This document shows, piece by piece, positions 48,755 through 57,229 of a stretch of 64,000 nt of DNA. The stretch is from Saprospiraceae bacterium (GTDB lineage Bacteria; Bacteroidota; Bacteroidia; Chitinophagales; Saprospiraceae): the NCBI GenBank assembly GCA_020628475.1, contig JAHDFB010000003.1, forward strand, positions 10,142-74,141. The letters run 5' to 3'. The notes under the pieces are model-generated. The model was given only the letters and a program-made list of their open reading frames with translations, ran no database searches and was not told the origin of the DNA. How positions within the stretch are numbered: the first letter of the stretch is position 1; every line of letters starts with the position of its first letter. Position numbers and translations under genes: made by a program.

Positions 48755-49321
48755 TCATGCTTCAAATTCATGGCAGTCTATTCGTACCTCTGATGTTTGA
48801 AGGCGTTGATCTAGTAAGGTGCAATAATGCTTCGCATTTTTATCTCCACTATAAAAGCGACAATTGTAACAGATTCTTTGTACTTGAATTATTCCTTTTT
48901 GATTTAATTGATAAATCAGCTTAGTAATAACATCAAAAAACATCGCGAGATCTTGTTCTTTCAAGGTCGACAACTCATTTTCTATAGGAAAGGCGTAAGA
49001 AACCAAATCTTTCACTAATTCCTTTCCCTTTACACTAAGTAATAGATTATACCTTCGATTGTCTCGAGGAGAGAAATCTTTGTCAAGAAGGTCTTTCCTT
49101 ACAAGAACTCGTACGGCATCACTAATAGTAGCCTTGGTTACATTGAATTCCTTGGCCAAATAACTCACGTTACAGATTTCTGTTTTATGATGCTCCACAA
49201 ATAAAAGAATCTGTATTTGTATAGGGCTTATTCCATGGACTTTAGCTTTTTCCCACAATAGTGATTTAAGCACTTCTGAGATGCGCTCCAATCCGTTGAG
49301 AATTTTGGCTTCTATTTTCAA
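48755..49321 (-). CDS. MarR-like winged-helix regulator with C-terminal Cys/His cluster
   Basis: 188-aa ORF with a wHTH (ICNVSYLAKEFNVTKATISDAVRVLVRKDLL). The C-terminal end reads CYNCRFYSGDKNAKHYCTLLDQRLQTSEVRIDCHEFE. Confidence 0.65.
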   Translation of the reverse strand: MKIEAKILNGLERISEVLKSLLWEKAKVHGISPIQIQILLFVEHHKTEICNVSYLAKEFNVTKATISDAVRVLVRKDLLDKDFSPRDNRRYNLLLSVKGKELVKDLVSYAFPIENELSTLKEQDLAMFFDVITKLIYQLNQKGIIQVQRICYNCRFYSGDKNAKHYCTLLDQRLQTSEVRIDCHEFEA

Positions 49322-49338
49322 ATTATCAGAAATTATTT

Positions 49339-49375
49339 AAAATTAGGATTACTCAAAGTTAGTAATCCTAATTTT
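49339..49375. promoter_or_regulatory. perfect inverted repeat AAATTAGGATTACT-N7-AGTAATCCTAATTT; shared cluster motif overlapping a -7 box
   Basis: The arms are 49340-49353 and 49361-49374. The reverse complement of 49354-49361 is TAACTTTG, which matches TAnnTTTG 33 nt upstream of ATG 49321. T-runs follow the hairpin in both directions, so it may also terminate the upstream gene. Confidence 0.5.
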
Positions 49376-49378
49376 AAA

Positions 49379-49744
49379 TCAAGAAGTACATCCTTCCATT
49401 TCAATGATAAAATATCCTTTCTTATTAATTTCTGCTTCCCATTCTGGCCGTAAACTTTCTATATGACAAAGTCTGCATTCCTTCGCGCTTAATGGCTGTC
49501 CTTCCTGACTTTTCATTTTAAGATACGCCTTCCCGTACTCATAGATGGTCGTTCTTTCTTTGACTTCAATGGGTACGATGATGTCAAAGTGCATCAAAGA
49601 ACCATCCTTTTTAGTCACATAGGTATCCCAAACATTTACTTTCCTTTGCAATTTCATTTCCATATTCCTTTGATTTAGTGAATAAAATATTTTTCCGGTA
49701 TACAATATGAGCAGTAATAGCCCTATCCCTCTAATCATTTTCAT
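49379..49744 (-). CDS. DUF2024-like protein
   Basis: 121-aa ORF. The core (VNVWDTYVTKKDGSLMHFDIIVP ... ECRLCHIE ... GYFIIEMEGC) resembles the DUF2024 family as I remember it. The hydrophobic N-terminal 27 aa may be a leader, or the true start may be ATG 49663 or 49657. Confidence 0.55.
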   Translation of the reverse strand: MKMIRGIGLLLLILYTGKIFYSLNQRNMEMKLQRKVNVWDTYVTKKDGSLMHFDIIVPIEVKERTTIYEYGKAYLKMKSQEGQPLSAKECRLCHIESLRPEWEAEINKKGYFIIEMEGCTS

Positions 49745-49768
49745 CGATTTCTGAAGTTGAATGCAGAT

Positions 49769-50506
49769 TTAATAACTTACGGTATAAGGAAGTGACAAGT
49801 CACCGGATGCAATAGAATAAACGGCATATACTCCAAGCATAGGTCTCTCAGAATCTGAAGCATTTACTTGCATATAAGCACTTACAGCATCAAACTGAAA
49901 ATTGGTTTTATTCTTAATTCGGTATGCTGGAACAATTACTCGAATCGTATGCCCTTTCGCAACTACATGAAATCCTGGTGAATCCATGTACATGGGCATT
50001 CCTGGATTAGTAGTCGGTAAAATCACTTGATCGCGAGCCGCGTCAAATTGTTTAACAGAAAGTCCTCCTCGCACTCTTTTGTCTTCCTGTAATACAACCC
50101 AATGGGGATGCCAGATTCCTCCTTCGCTCATGTTACTTGGATTACCATCCATATCTTCATCCCACAGTGGGGTATCATCAAAATCGGGATGAGAGGTCAC
50201 CGCAAGAGCTACAATTCCATCAGTTTGACTAAATCCTACATCAGCTGGCTTCAGAGTGGTTGGAAAAACATATCCCAACACAGGAGCTCCATCCATAGAT
50301 CCGACTGCCTCTGGATACGATTTGCCAGCCTTTCCCGCCACCGCTATAGTAAATATGAAATGCTCTAACCGATCATCATAAAGCACCGATGTATTGGTGA
50401 TTTTCAAATCTGGACTATTTTGAAAAGATGGGTCTTCATTTTCTCCCTGTGCAGAAAGTATTGCTATACTATAAAAGAACATAAACAGGATAATTAAAGG
50501 TTTCAT
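49769..50506 (-). CDS. hypothetical secreted protein
   Basis: 245-aa ORF with a signal peptide (MKPLIILFMFFYSIAILSAQG). I recognised no family. It has a His/Asp-rich patch (SHPDFDDTPLWDEDMDG ... WHPHW). Confidence 0.55.
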   Translation of the reverse strand: MKPLIILFMFFYSIAILSAQGENEDPSFQNSPDLKITNTSVLYDDRLEHFIFTIAVAGKAGKSYPEAVGSMDGAPVLGYVFPTTLKPADVGFSQTDGIVALAVTSHPDFDDTPLWDEDMDGNPSNMSEGGIWHPHWVVLQEDKRVRGGLSVKQFDAARDQVILPTTNPGMPMYMDSPGFHVVAKGHTIRVIVPAYRIKNKTNFQFDAVSAYMQVNASDSERPMLGVYAVYSIASGDLSLPYTVSY

Positions 50507-50524
50507 AAATATGATTGTTGTAAA

Positions 50525-50582
50525 AAATTAGGATTACTACAAGAGACGCAGGCGTCAACATTAAGTTAGGAATCCTAATTTT
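50525..50582. promoter_or_regulatory. second copy of the cluster motif (AAATTAGGATT ... AATCCTAATTT arms with 35-nt spacer; core TTAGGAATCCTAA)
   Basis: The arms are 50525-50535 and 50571-50581, with an inner palindrome GACGCagGCGTC. The 21-mer at 50562-50582 matches 49355-49375 at 19 of 21 positions. It sits 56 nt upstream of ATG 50506 and just downstream of the stop at 50606. Confidence 0.5.
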
Positions 50583-50605
50583 CCAAATTAAAAAAATAGA
50601 TTGGT

Positions 50606-50839
50606 TTAAGCTCTAAGGTCTTCAATCGAAGCGCCAAAGTTGATATGTAACACATTTCCTGAAGGTGTAATCAAGGCTGGAACAGATTTGACACCAGCGA
50701 TTACGGCTTCTTCCACGCGGCTGCTGTCTTCACCGATATGCACGACGTCGACATTTTCTGCTCCGACTAATTGGATGATATCTTCTTCTGCATGGATGCA
50801 AACGGGACATCCAGCATGATAAAAAATAGATTTACTCAT
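50606..50839 (-). CDS. small thioredoxin-fold protein (CPVC; redox-active disulfide protein 2-like)
   Basis: 77-aa ORF with a CPVC motif at residues 11-14 and a downstream VPAL (cis-Pro-like). Confidence 0.65.
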   Translation of the reverse strand: MSKSIFYHAGCPVCIHAEEDIIQLVGAENVDVVHIGEDSSRVEEAVIAGVKSVPALITPSGNVLHINFGASIEDLRA

Positions 50840-50885
50840 AATTTAAATCTTTAAAAAGGACATTAGCAATATTGCTAGAACAAAT

Positions 50886-50906
50886 ATAGTTAGGATTCCT
50901 TATTAT
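50886..50906. promoter_or_regulatory. third copy of the cluster motif (ATAGTTAGGATTCCTTATTAT)
   Basis: It matches 50562-50582 at 16 of 21 positions. The palindromic core is AGGATTCCT. It sits 47 nt upstream of ATG 50839. Confidence 0.4.
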
Positions 50907-51024
50907 TTATCAATAAATCATAAAAAAATATTTAATCGTCCGTTTATAGAGTGTTATACATATAAGTAATTTGAAATTACACCGATTCTTTTATTAAATT
51001 CGTATTTCAATATTTTACATCTCT

Positions 51025-53076
51025 ATGGAAACGTCCTTATTCGCAAATGAAGAACGCTTTAAAAAGCAAGCTCAGAAAGCCGCAAGATCTATTGTAATTT
51101 TCTTGATTTGTTACTTTATCATTTTTATACTCTCTTTAGCCCTGGCTATCGCTATCATGGCTGGTGGTTTCTTTATTATTGCCAGTCATCCTTCATTCCT
51201 TACCTTGTTATTGGGTGGTGGATTGATGGTAGCAGGAGCATTGATATTATTTTTCTTGTTCAAGTTCATGTTTAGCATCAAAAAAATAGATCGATCTGAT
51301 TATATAGAGGTATATCGCACGGATCAACCCGCTCTCTTTGATACGATCGATCGCGTCGTTCAAGGAACCAACAGTGTATATCCAAAGCGTGTTTATCTGA
51401 CCAACGATGTCAATGCCATGGTTAGTTATGATTCTAGTTTCATGAGTTTATTCGTTCCCACGAAAAAAAACCTGATTATCGGATTAGGCCTAATGAACAG
51501 TCTGTCAACGGCAGAATTTGAATCTATTCTTGCCCATGAATTTGGTCATTTTTCGCAGGACTCCATGAAATTCGGTTCTTATGTATATCAAATTAACCGT
51601 ATACTATTCGATCAATTATATGACAACGATTCTATCAATCGTTTTATTCAACGCTTTAATCAGTCCGGTATCATAACCTTGATGATGGTGATCGGAGTCA
51701 AAATAATTATAGGCATTCAATTCTTATTGACGAAACTCTATGAATTTGTCAACAAAAGTTATCTGGCCTTGTCTCGAGAAATGGAATTTCAGGCAGATTT
51801 GGTAGCGGCACACTATAGTGGCAAAAAACCATTTAAAAGTGCTTTGTTGCGCACCGATCTTGCCAGCTTTTCCTATCAAGAAACGCTACAATTCTTTACC
51901 AATAGAATGTCACAAAATCTGGTGACGGATGATGTCTACGAATTACAGGATTATACCATGAAGTATATCGCTTCTAAGAATAAAATTGCTGTAAAAAATG
52001 GATTTCCCGATGTGTCCTTAGACGATATCAATGCCTATCAGAATACAAAGATTAACATTGAAAATCAATGGGCTTCTCATCCTTCCACGCAGGATCGATT
52101 GGAAAATATCGAACGTATCGAACATCAAGAACGTATTTCCAATGAGACCCCAGCCATTGATTTGCTGGCCAATAAAGCATCTATTGTTTCAAAGATTACT
52201 AAAAACTTATTCAAACACGTTCCATATAAAGGGGCCTTGGTGCAGGTTGAAAACAAACAGTTCGAAAAGGATTATGCCAACGATTTTGAACGGTTTGCGA
52301 TCGATCCTTATTTTAATAATTATTATCGCTACACCGATCCTGCCACGCGTATCAAAAAGAAAGATGCTGCTGTAAGCAATGTAGAAAGTCTTCAAGATTT
52401 CTATAGTCCTGAGAACATTAAAATGGCCCAAAAATACGGTGCTTTGGTCAACGATTTAGCCACACTAGAATCGATCAAGCCTAAAGAATCTGGCATTAAA
52501 TTTTTCGAATATGACGGTAAGAAATATACTCGAAATCAAATTGATGCATTGATCGAAAAATTAGAAGCAAAAAAAGAAAAAAACGAAAAGAAGGTAAACA
52601 AGCATAATCGATTCATTCTGGCGTATTGTCTCCAAAAAGCGGAGGGAAGCGCCCTAGAGAAATCCTTAAAAAAGGCCCTGAAGCAATATGAGGATATTCA
52701 AGAAGATCTTATCAGTAAAGAGCAATCCTATTTGGAATTAACAGAAAAAGCAGAATTCCTATCCTATACACTTGAACCTGAGGTGATTTCCGACGAACAG
52801 ATAAAATTCAGATCAGTCGAAATCGATTGGAAAAAGTACCTGAAGCAAGTGCGTGAAGAAGTATCTTTCGAAACCTTACTAGGACACTACCTCGGTCAAG
52901 AGTTTGACAAATATTTAGAGAATGAACGGCCGCTTTTTAATGGATCACATTACAATGATTTTGTTGTCGAACGACTTGTCTTGATTCTACATAATATACC
53001 ACAATTATTACATAATCGGGCTTTGATTCAAAAGAAACAACTGGTAGAAATCATGAAAGAGATATTGGAATCTTAG
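51025..53076 (+). CDS. M48 family membrane metallopeptidase with long C-terminal helical extension
   Basis: 683-aa ORF with N-terminal TM helices and the zinc motif HEFGH (ILAHEFGHFSQD). Confidence 0.8.
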   Translation: METSLFANEERFKKQAQKAARSIVIFLICYFIIFILSLALAIAIMAGGFFIIASHPSFLTLLLGGGLMVAGALILFFLFKFMFSIKKIDRSDYIEVYRTDQPALFDTIDRVVQGTNSVYPKRVYLTNDVNAMVSYDSSFMSLFVPTKKNLIIGLGLMNSLSTAEFESILAHEFGHFSQDSMKFGSYVYQINRILFDQLYDNDSINRFIQRFNQSGIITLMMVIGVKIIIGIQFLLTKLYEFVNKSYLALSREMEFQADLVAAHYSGKKPFKSALLRTDLASFSYQETLQFFTNRMSQNLVTDDVYELQDYTMKYIASKNKIAVKNGFPDVSLDDINAYQNTKINIENQWASHPSTQDRLENIERIEHQERISNETPAIDLLANKASIVSKITKNLFKHVPYKGALVQVENKQFEKDYANDFERFAIDPYFNNYYRYTDPATRIKKKDAAVSNVESLQDFYSPENIKMAQKYGALVNDLATLESIKPKESGIKFFEYDGKKYTRNQIDALIEKLEAKKEKNEKKVNKHNRFILAYCLQKAEGSALEKSLKKALKQYEDIQEDLISKEQSYLELTEKAEFLSYTLEPEVISDEQIKFRSVEIDWKKYLKQVREEVSFETLLGHYLGQEFDKYLENERPLFNGSHYNDFVVERLVLILHNIPQLLHNRALIQKKQLVEIMKEILES

Positions 53077-53080
53077 TGTT

Positions 53081-53986
53081 TTATTGAACCACTGGAAAGA
53101 AGCCTCTCGTTCCCATATCAACGACCTGTTCTTGTAACAATGGCTCGTAAACTCCATTGCCATTCGTATCGACCCACTCAAAACTGTTATTGGTTGAAAT
53201 GATGACCTCAATTTCTATGTCTTTTGAAGGATCAGCTGGAATGATCAGCGCTTCCGGAAACCTACCTGTAACAACGCAAGATTCCGCTGGGACTGGCGAA
53301 CTATCGAATATCGGATTCGGTACGGTTGTTTGTGGGGCCGTTGCTTCGATAATTTCAGAAAACGGAAACCCGCTAATATCTGCCGAAGTTTCCATACCAA
53401 AATATCCTTGAGCTTTGTTCTGTTGAACTTGTACCGTCTGGTCGTTTAATTGATATGAATTAATATAGGTATTATATCCAAGGAAAGAAGCTACCAATCC
53501 CTTCGCATCAATGTCATCATCTATACCATTGGGTAGATTTGCTCCTTTCAAATTAAAATCAATTTCATACTTCTGAAAGGCGATCGAAGAACGAATGTAT
53601 TCATAAATACCTGGTTCAATATCATCCAAATTCACCTTGAGTATATTATCTTCTTGATTGAACATAAATTCTTGATCAAAATCTATCGCCTTGATGCCTC
53701 CTTGATCGGTTGTAGGTGTGGATAAAAGTGTCACTCCCTGATCATAAGCCGTAAATTTATCAGGATACAATCCAAGGAAATGAATACCCATTTCTTTAAA
53801 ATCTGGAGATTGTGCTGCATTTCCAGCAGGTATGGTTGCCGGATTTCCCAAATTATCCTGTCGGTCTGCCTGATCATCTAAAGTAAAGGTAATGATTAAT
53901 TGATATGGATCTTGCTCTACCATAGGTTCTTCACAAGATGTTAAACCGAATACTGAAAGCACTAAAAAACCGAAAATATAACGCAT
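53081..53986 (-). CDS. hypothetical lipoprotein
   Basis: 301-aa ORF with a lipobox-like LSVFGLTSCEE. I recognised no family. Confidence 0.55.
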   Translation of the reverse strand: MRYIFGFLVLSVFGLTSCEEPMVEQDPYQLIITFTLDDQADRQDNLGNPATIPAGNAAQSPDFKEMGIHFLGLYPDKFTAYDQGVTLLSTPTTDQGGIKAIDFDQEFMFNQEDNILKVNLDDIEPGIYEYIRSSIAFQKYEIDFNLKGANLPNGIDDDIDAKGLVASFLGYNTYINSYQLNDQTVQVQQNKAQGYFGMETSADISGFPFSEIIEATAPQTTVPNPIFDSSPVPAESCVVTGRFPEALIIPADPSKDIEIEVIISTNNSFEWVDTNGNGVYEPLLQEQVVDMGTRGFFPVVQ

Positions 53987-54094
53987 GGATTATTAATTTC
54001 AGACAATAACGTTTTTGACTGAATTAAATATTGTGATCTTTGAAACTTTTAGTGAAGTAATTCCTTTCATTTTGAATAAATCATTCTATATATT

Positions 54095-54448
54095 ATGAAA
54101 TATCAACTTCAAAAAAATCCTTTTACGGTTCCTACCATGGACAACAAAGTGATCAACGAGCACTGGGGAAGAGCGACCGACGGCAATAAAGAAATTAGTA
54201 TCGCCCATATGATTGCCCCTCCTCATTGGTCAGAGGCTCCTCAAACACCGCAATTTGATGAATACACCATAGTTTTAAGAGGAAAAAAACAAGTGCTTAT
54301 TGATCAAGAAACGATTATTTTAGAAGCCGGAGAATCTATCAAAGTCTTTAAAAATACAGAGGTTCAATATTCGAATCCATTTGACGAACCATGTGAATAT
54401 GTAGCTATCTGCCGACCAGCCTTTTCTGTAGAAACCGCCGGCCGATAA
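54095..54448 (+). CDS. small cupin-like protein
   Basis: 117-aa ORF. A single beta-barrel pattern (YTIVLRGKKQVLIDQETIILEAGESIKV) supports the call weakly. Confidence 0.5.
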   Translation: MKYQLQKNPFTVPTMDNKVINEHWGRATDGNKEISIAHMIAPPHWSEAPQTPQFDEYTIVLRGKKQVLIDQETIILEAGESIKVFKNTEVQYSNPFDEPCEYVAICRPAFSVETAGR

Positions 54449-54513
54449 ATTAATAATGTTCCGATTTATTATAATCCAACTTATAGCGTACTTTTACGCC
54501 ATAATCCACGTGC

Positions 54514-56505
54514 ATGCAAGTTCATAGAAACCTTGATCAGCTTCCAACATTTACCCGAGCCGTCATTACCATTGGTTCGTTCGATGGGGTTCATATGGGG
54601 CATCAAAAATTGATTTCAAGAATCAATCAATTGGCAGCAGAAATTAAGGGAGAAAGTGTACTAATTACTTTTTATCCACACCCGAGGCAAGTCATTTATC
54701 CCAATGACCAAAGTCTACAATTGATCACTTCTCTTGAAGAAAAAATAGCCTTGCTCAAAAAGTTCGGTGTGGATCATGTGGTCGTTGTGCCCTTTTCTGT
54801 CGAGTTTTCGCAGCAAAATCCAAGAGAATACATTGAAAAATTTCTCTACGAAAAATTCAAACCATCTTTCATTGTTGTCGGCTACGATCATAAATTTGGA
54901 TTGAATCGTCAAGGCAATATGGAACTTCTTCAATCCTATGAAGAAAAACTTGGATTTAAAACGGTAAAAATAGACCAACAGGAGATTGAGGACATTACCA
55001 TTAGTTCTACCAAGATTAGAAATTCATTACTCCAAAATGAAATATCCAAAGCCAACAAATACCTGAATTATCACTATATGATATCTGGGAAAGTGGTTTA
55101 TGGTGAACAAATCGGTCAAAAAATAGGATTTAAAACGGCCAACATTCAAATTGATGATCGAAATAAATTGATTCCCATTGAAGGTATTTATGCGGTTTAT
55201 GTTTTTCATGAACAGGAACGCTATGACGGCATGTTATATATCGGTAATAAACCAACCATTCATAAAGATGGTAAACGGTCCATTGAAGTAAATATCTTTG
55301 ACTTCAACCAAAATATCTATGGCGCTTACATTCGACTCGAAATTGTTTCATTTATTCGAAATGATCAAAAATTCGACGGGCTGGAAGCCCTTAAAACCCA
55401 GTTGGCTAAAGATGAGATCTCTGCGCGTTCAGTGTTAAATTTCAAGGAGAATTATCAATCTAAAAAAGCCAAGACGGCGATTGTCATTTTAAACTATAAT
55501 GGAGAAGAAATTTTGGAATCGTATCTACCTTCTACTTTGCACTCCACAGATCGCCCTGTAGATTTTGTTATTATAGACAATGCGTCAACCGATGAATCGG
55601 TTTCTTTTATTAAAGAATGGCACCCTGAATATAAATTATTAGAATTCACCTCTAATTATGGCTATGCTGGCGGATATAATAAAGGACTAGAGCAATTGGA
55701 TTATGAATACGTTGCTCTGATCAACTCCGACATACAGTGTACTCAAAACTGGTTGGATCCTATCTTAGATAAAATGGAAGAAGACCCTTCCATTGCAGCT
55801 ATCTCACCAAAAATTAGATCCATAGAACAACCAGATCATTTTGAATATGCTGGCGCAGCAGGAGGATTTATTGATATATTAGCCTACCCTTTCTGTCGAG
55901 GTCGCTTATTTAGTACCGTAGAAAAAGATAGTGACCAATATCAAAGTGAACAAGAAATTTTCTGGGCGAGCGGTGCGGCTATGGTCGTACGAAAATCTGT
56001 TTTTGACGCGCTTGGTGGATTTGACGCGGATTATTTCGCCCATCAAGAGGAAATTGATCTGTGTTGGAGAATGAAAAGAGCCGGCTACAAGATTATGGTG
56101 CTTCCCGGATCACATGTTTATCATTTGGGTGGTGGTACCTTGGCCTATGAAAGTCCCAATAAAACCTATTTAAATTTCCGAAATAGTATGATCAATCTGA
56201 TCAAAAATGATGAGAGTGGTTTTTGGTTCTTCAAATTTGTCCTTCGTGTTTTATTGGATGGATTGGCTGGGGCACAAATGTTGGTTCAAGGAAAAGCAAA
56301 GAATATGTGGGCGATTGTACGCGCTCATTGGTATATATTTCCTCGACTGGGTCATTTTATTCGACAGAGAAAACAACTAAAAGATCGGATTGAAGAAGTT
56401 CGTATTGATAATAGCAATCGAAAAGGCATTTATACTTCCAGTATTGTATGGCAATATTTCGTTCGATCAAAAAAGGTATATAGTAAATTAAACATGCATG
56501 AGTAA
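54514..56505 (+). CDS. ribF: bifunctional riboflavin kinase/FAD synthetase fused in frame to a family 2 glycosyltransferase
   Basis: 663-aa ORF. Residues 1 to ~307 are RibF (VITIGSFDGVHMGHQKLI, FYPHPRQV, GFKTANI, EVNIFDF). Residues ~322-663 are GT2 (TAIVILNYNGEE, IIDNASTDES, ALINSD, FAHQEEIDLCWR). No stop or start codon lies between the two parts. Confidence 0.8.
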   Translation: MQVHRNLDQLPTFTRAVITIGSFDGVHMGHQKLISRINQLAAEIKGESVLITFYPHPRQVIYPNDQSLQLITSLEEKIALLKKFGVDHVVVVPFSVEFSQQNPREYIEKFLYEKFKPSFIVVGYDHKFGLNRQGNMELLQSYEEKLGFKTVKIDQQEIEDITISSTKIRNSLLQNEISKANKYLNYHYMISGKVVYGEQIGQKIGFKTANIQIDDRNKLIPIEGIYAVYVFHEQERYDGMLYIGNKPTIHKDGKRSIEVNIFDFNQNIYGAYIRLEIVSFIRNDQKFDGLEALKTQLAKDEISARSVLNFKENYQSKKAKTAIVILNYNGEEILESYLPSTLHSTDRPVDFVIIDNASTDESVSFIKEWHPEYKLLEFTSNYGYAGGYNKGLEQLDYEYVALINSDIQCTQNWLDPILDKMEEDPSIAAISPKIRSIEQPDHFEYAGAAGGFIDILAYPFCRGRLFSTVEKDSDQYQSEQEIFWASGAAMVVRKSVFDALGGFDADYFAHQEEIDLCWRMKRAGYKIMVLPGSHVYHLGGGTLAYESPNKTYLNFRNSMINLIKNDESGFWFFKFVLRVLLDGLAGAQMLVQGKAKNMWAIVRAHWYIFPRLGHFIRQRKQLKDRIEEVRIDNSNRKGIYTSSIVWQYFVRSKKVYSKLNMHE

Positions 56506-57229
56506 ATCGAAGTTTTATACATTGATTTACGAAGATGAACAGATTCTGGTGGTGAACAAGTCTCCTGGAATTCCTGTCGTCCCTTCGAGAGATCCCAATG
56601 AAAAATCGCTGGTAAAACTACTTCAGCATCATTATGATCAACATATATATGTCGTTCATCGTATTGATCGAGAAACCAGTGGAATCGTTATTTTCGCTTT
56701 GGATGAGGCGAGTCATAAATTGCTCAATGTACAATTCTATAAACGTTCCGTTGAAAAACACTATCTAGCCATATGCAGCGGCGTTAGCTCCAGTGATTGG
56801 ACCCGTGTTGATAAGAGCCTCGCTATGGATCGCAATACAAATCGAATGAAAGTAGATCAACGCGGTAAGGAAGCCTTGAGTTATTATAAGTCCTTAGAAT
56901 CGAGCAATCGATATTCTAAAAATATAATCAAAATTGAAACCGGGCGCACACATCAGGTTCGAATTCATCTTTCTTCTGAAGGCTACCCTATTCTTGGTGA
57001 TTCCCTATACAACTTCAATCCGTATTTGAAATTGAGTGATATCAAAAAGAAGTATGTTGCATCTGGAAAGGATAAAGTAGAGCGCCCATTAATGCCTAGA
57101 ACCGCCTTGCATGCCTTTTCACTTCAGTTTGAGCATCCCACAAAGCAAGAACGCATGACGTTTGAAGCAGACTTACCGAAGGATATGAAAGCTTGTTGGA
57201 AACAAATCATGAAGTGGGATACTAATTAG
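56498..57229 (+). CDS. RluA family pseudouridine synthase
   Basis: 243-aa ORF with the catalytic motif HRIDRETSG and GRTHQVR. It overlaps the upstream gene by 8 nt. Confidence 0.85.
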   Translation: MSKSKFYTLIYEDEQILVVNKSPGIPVVPSRDPNEKSLVKLLQHHYDQHIYVVHRIDRETSGIVIFALDEASHKLLNVQFYKRSVEKHYLAICSGVSSSDWTRVDKSLAMDRNTNRMKVDQRGKEALSYYKSLESSNRYSKNIIKIETGRTHQVRIHLSSEGYPILGDSLYNFNPYLKLSDIKKKYVASGKDKVERPLMPRTALHAFSLQFEHPTKQERMTFEADLPKDMKACWKQIMKWDTN

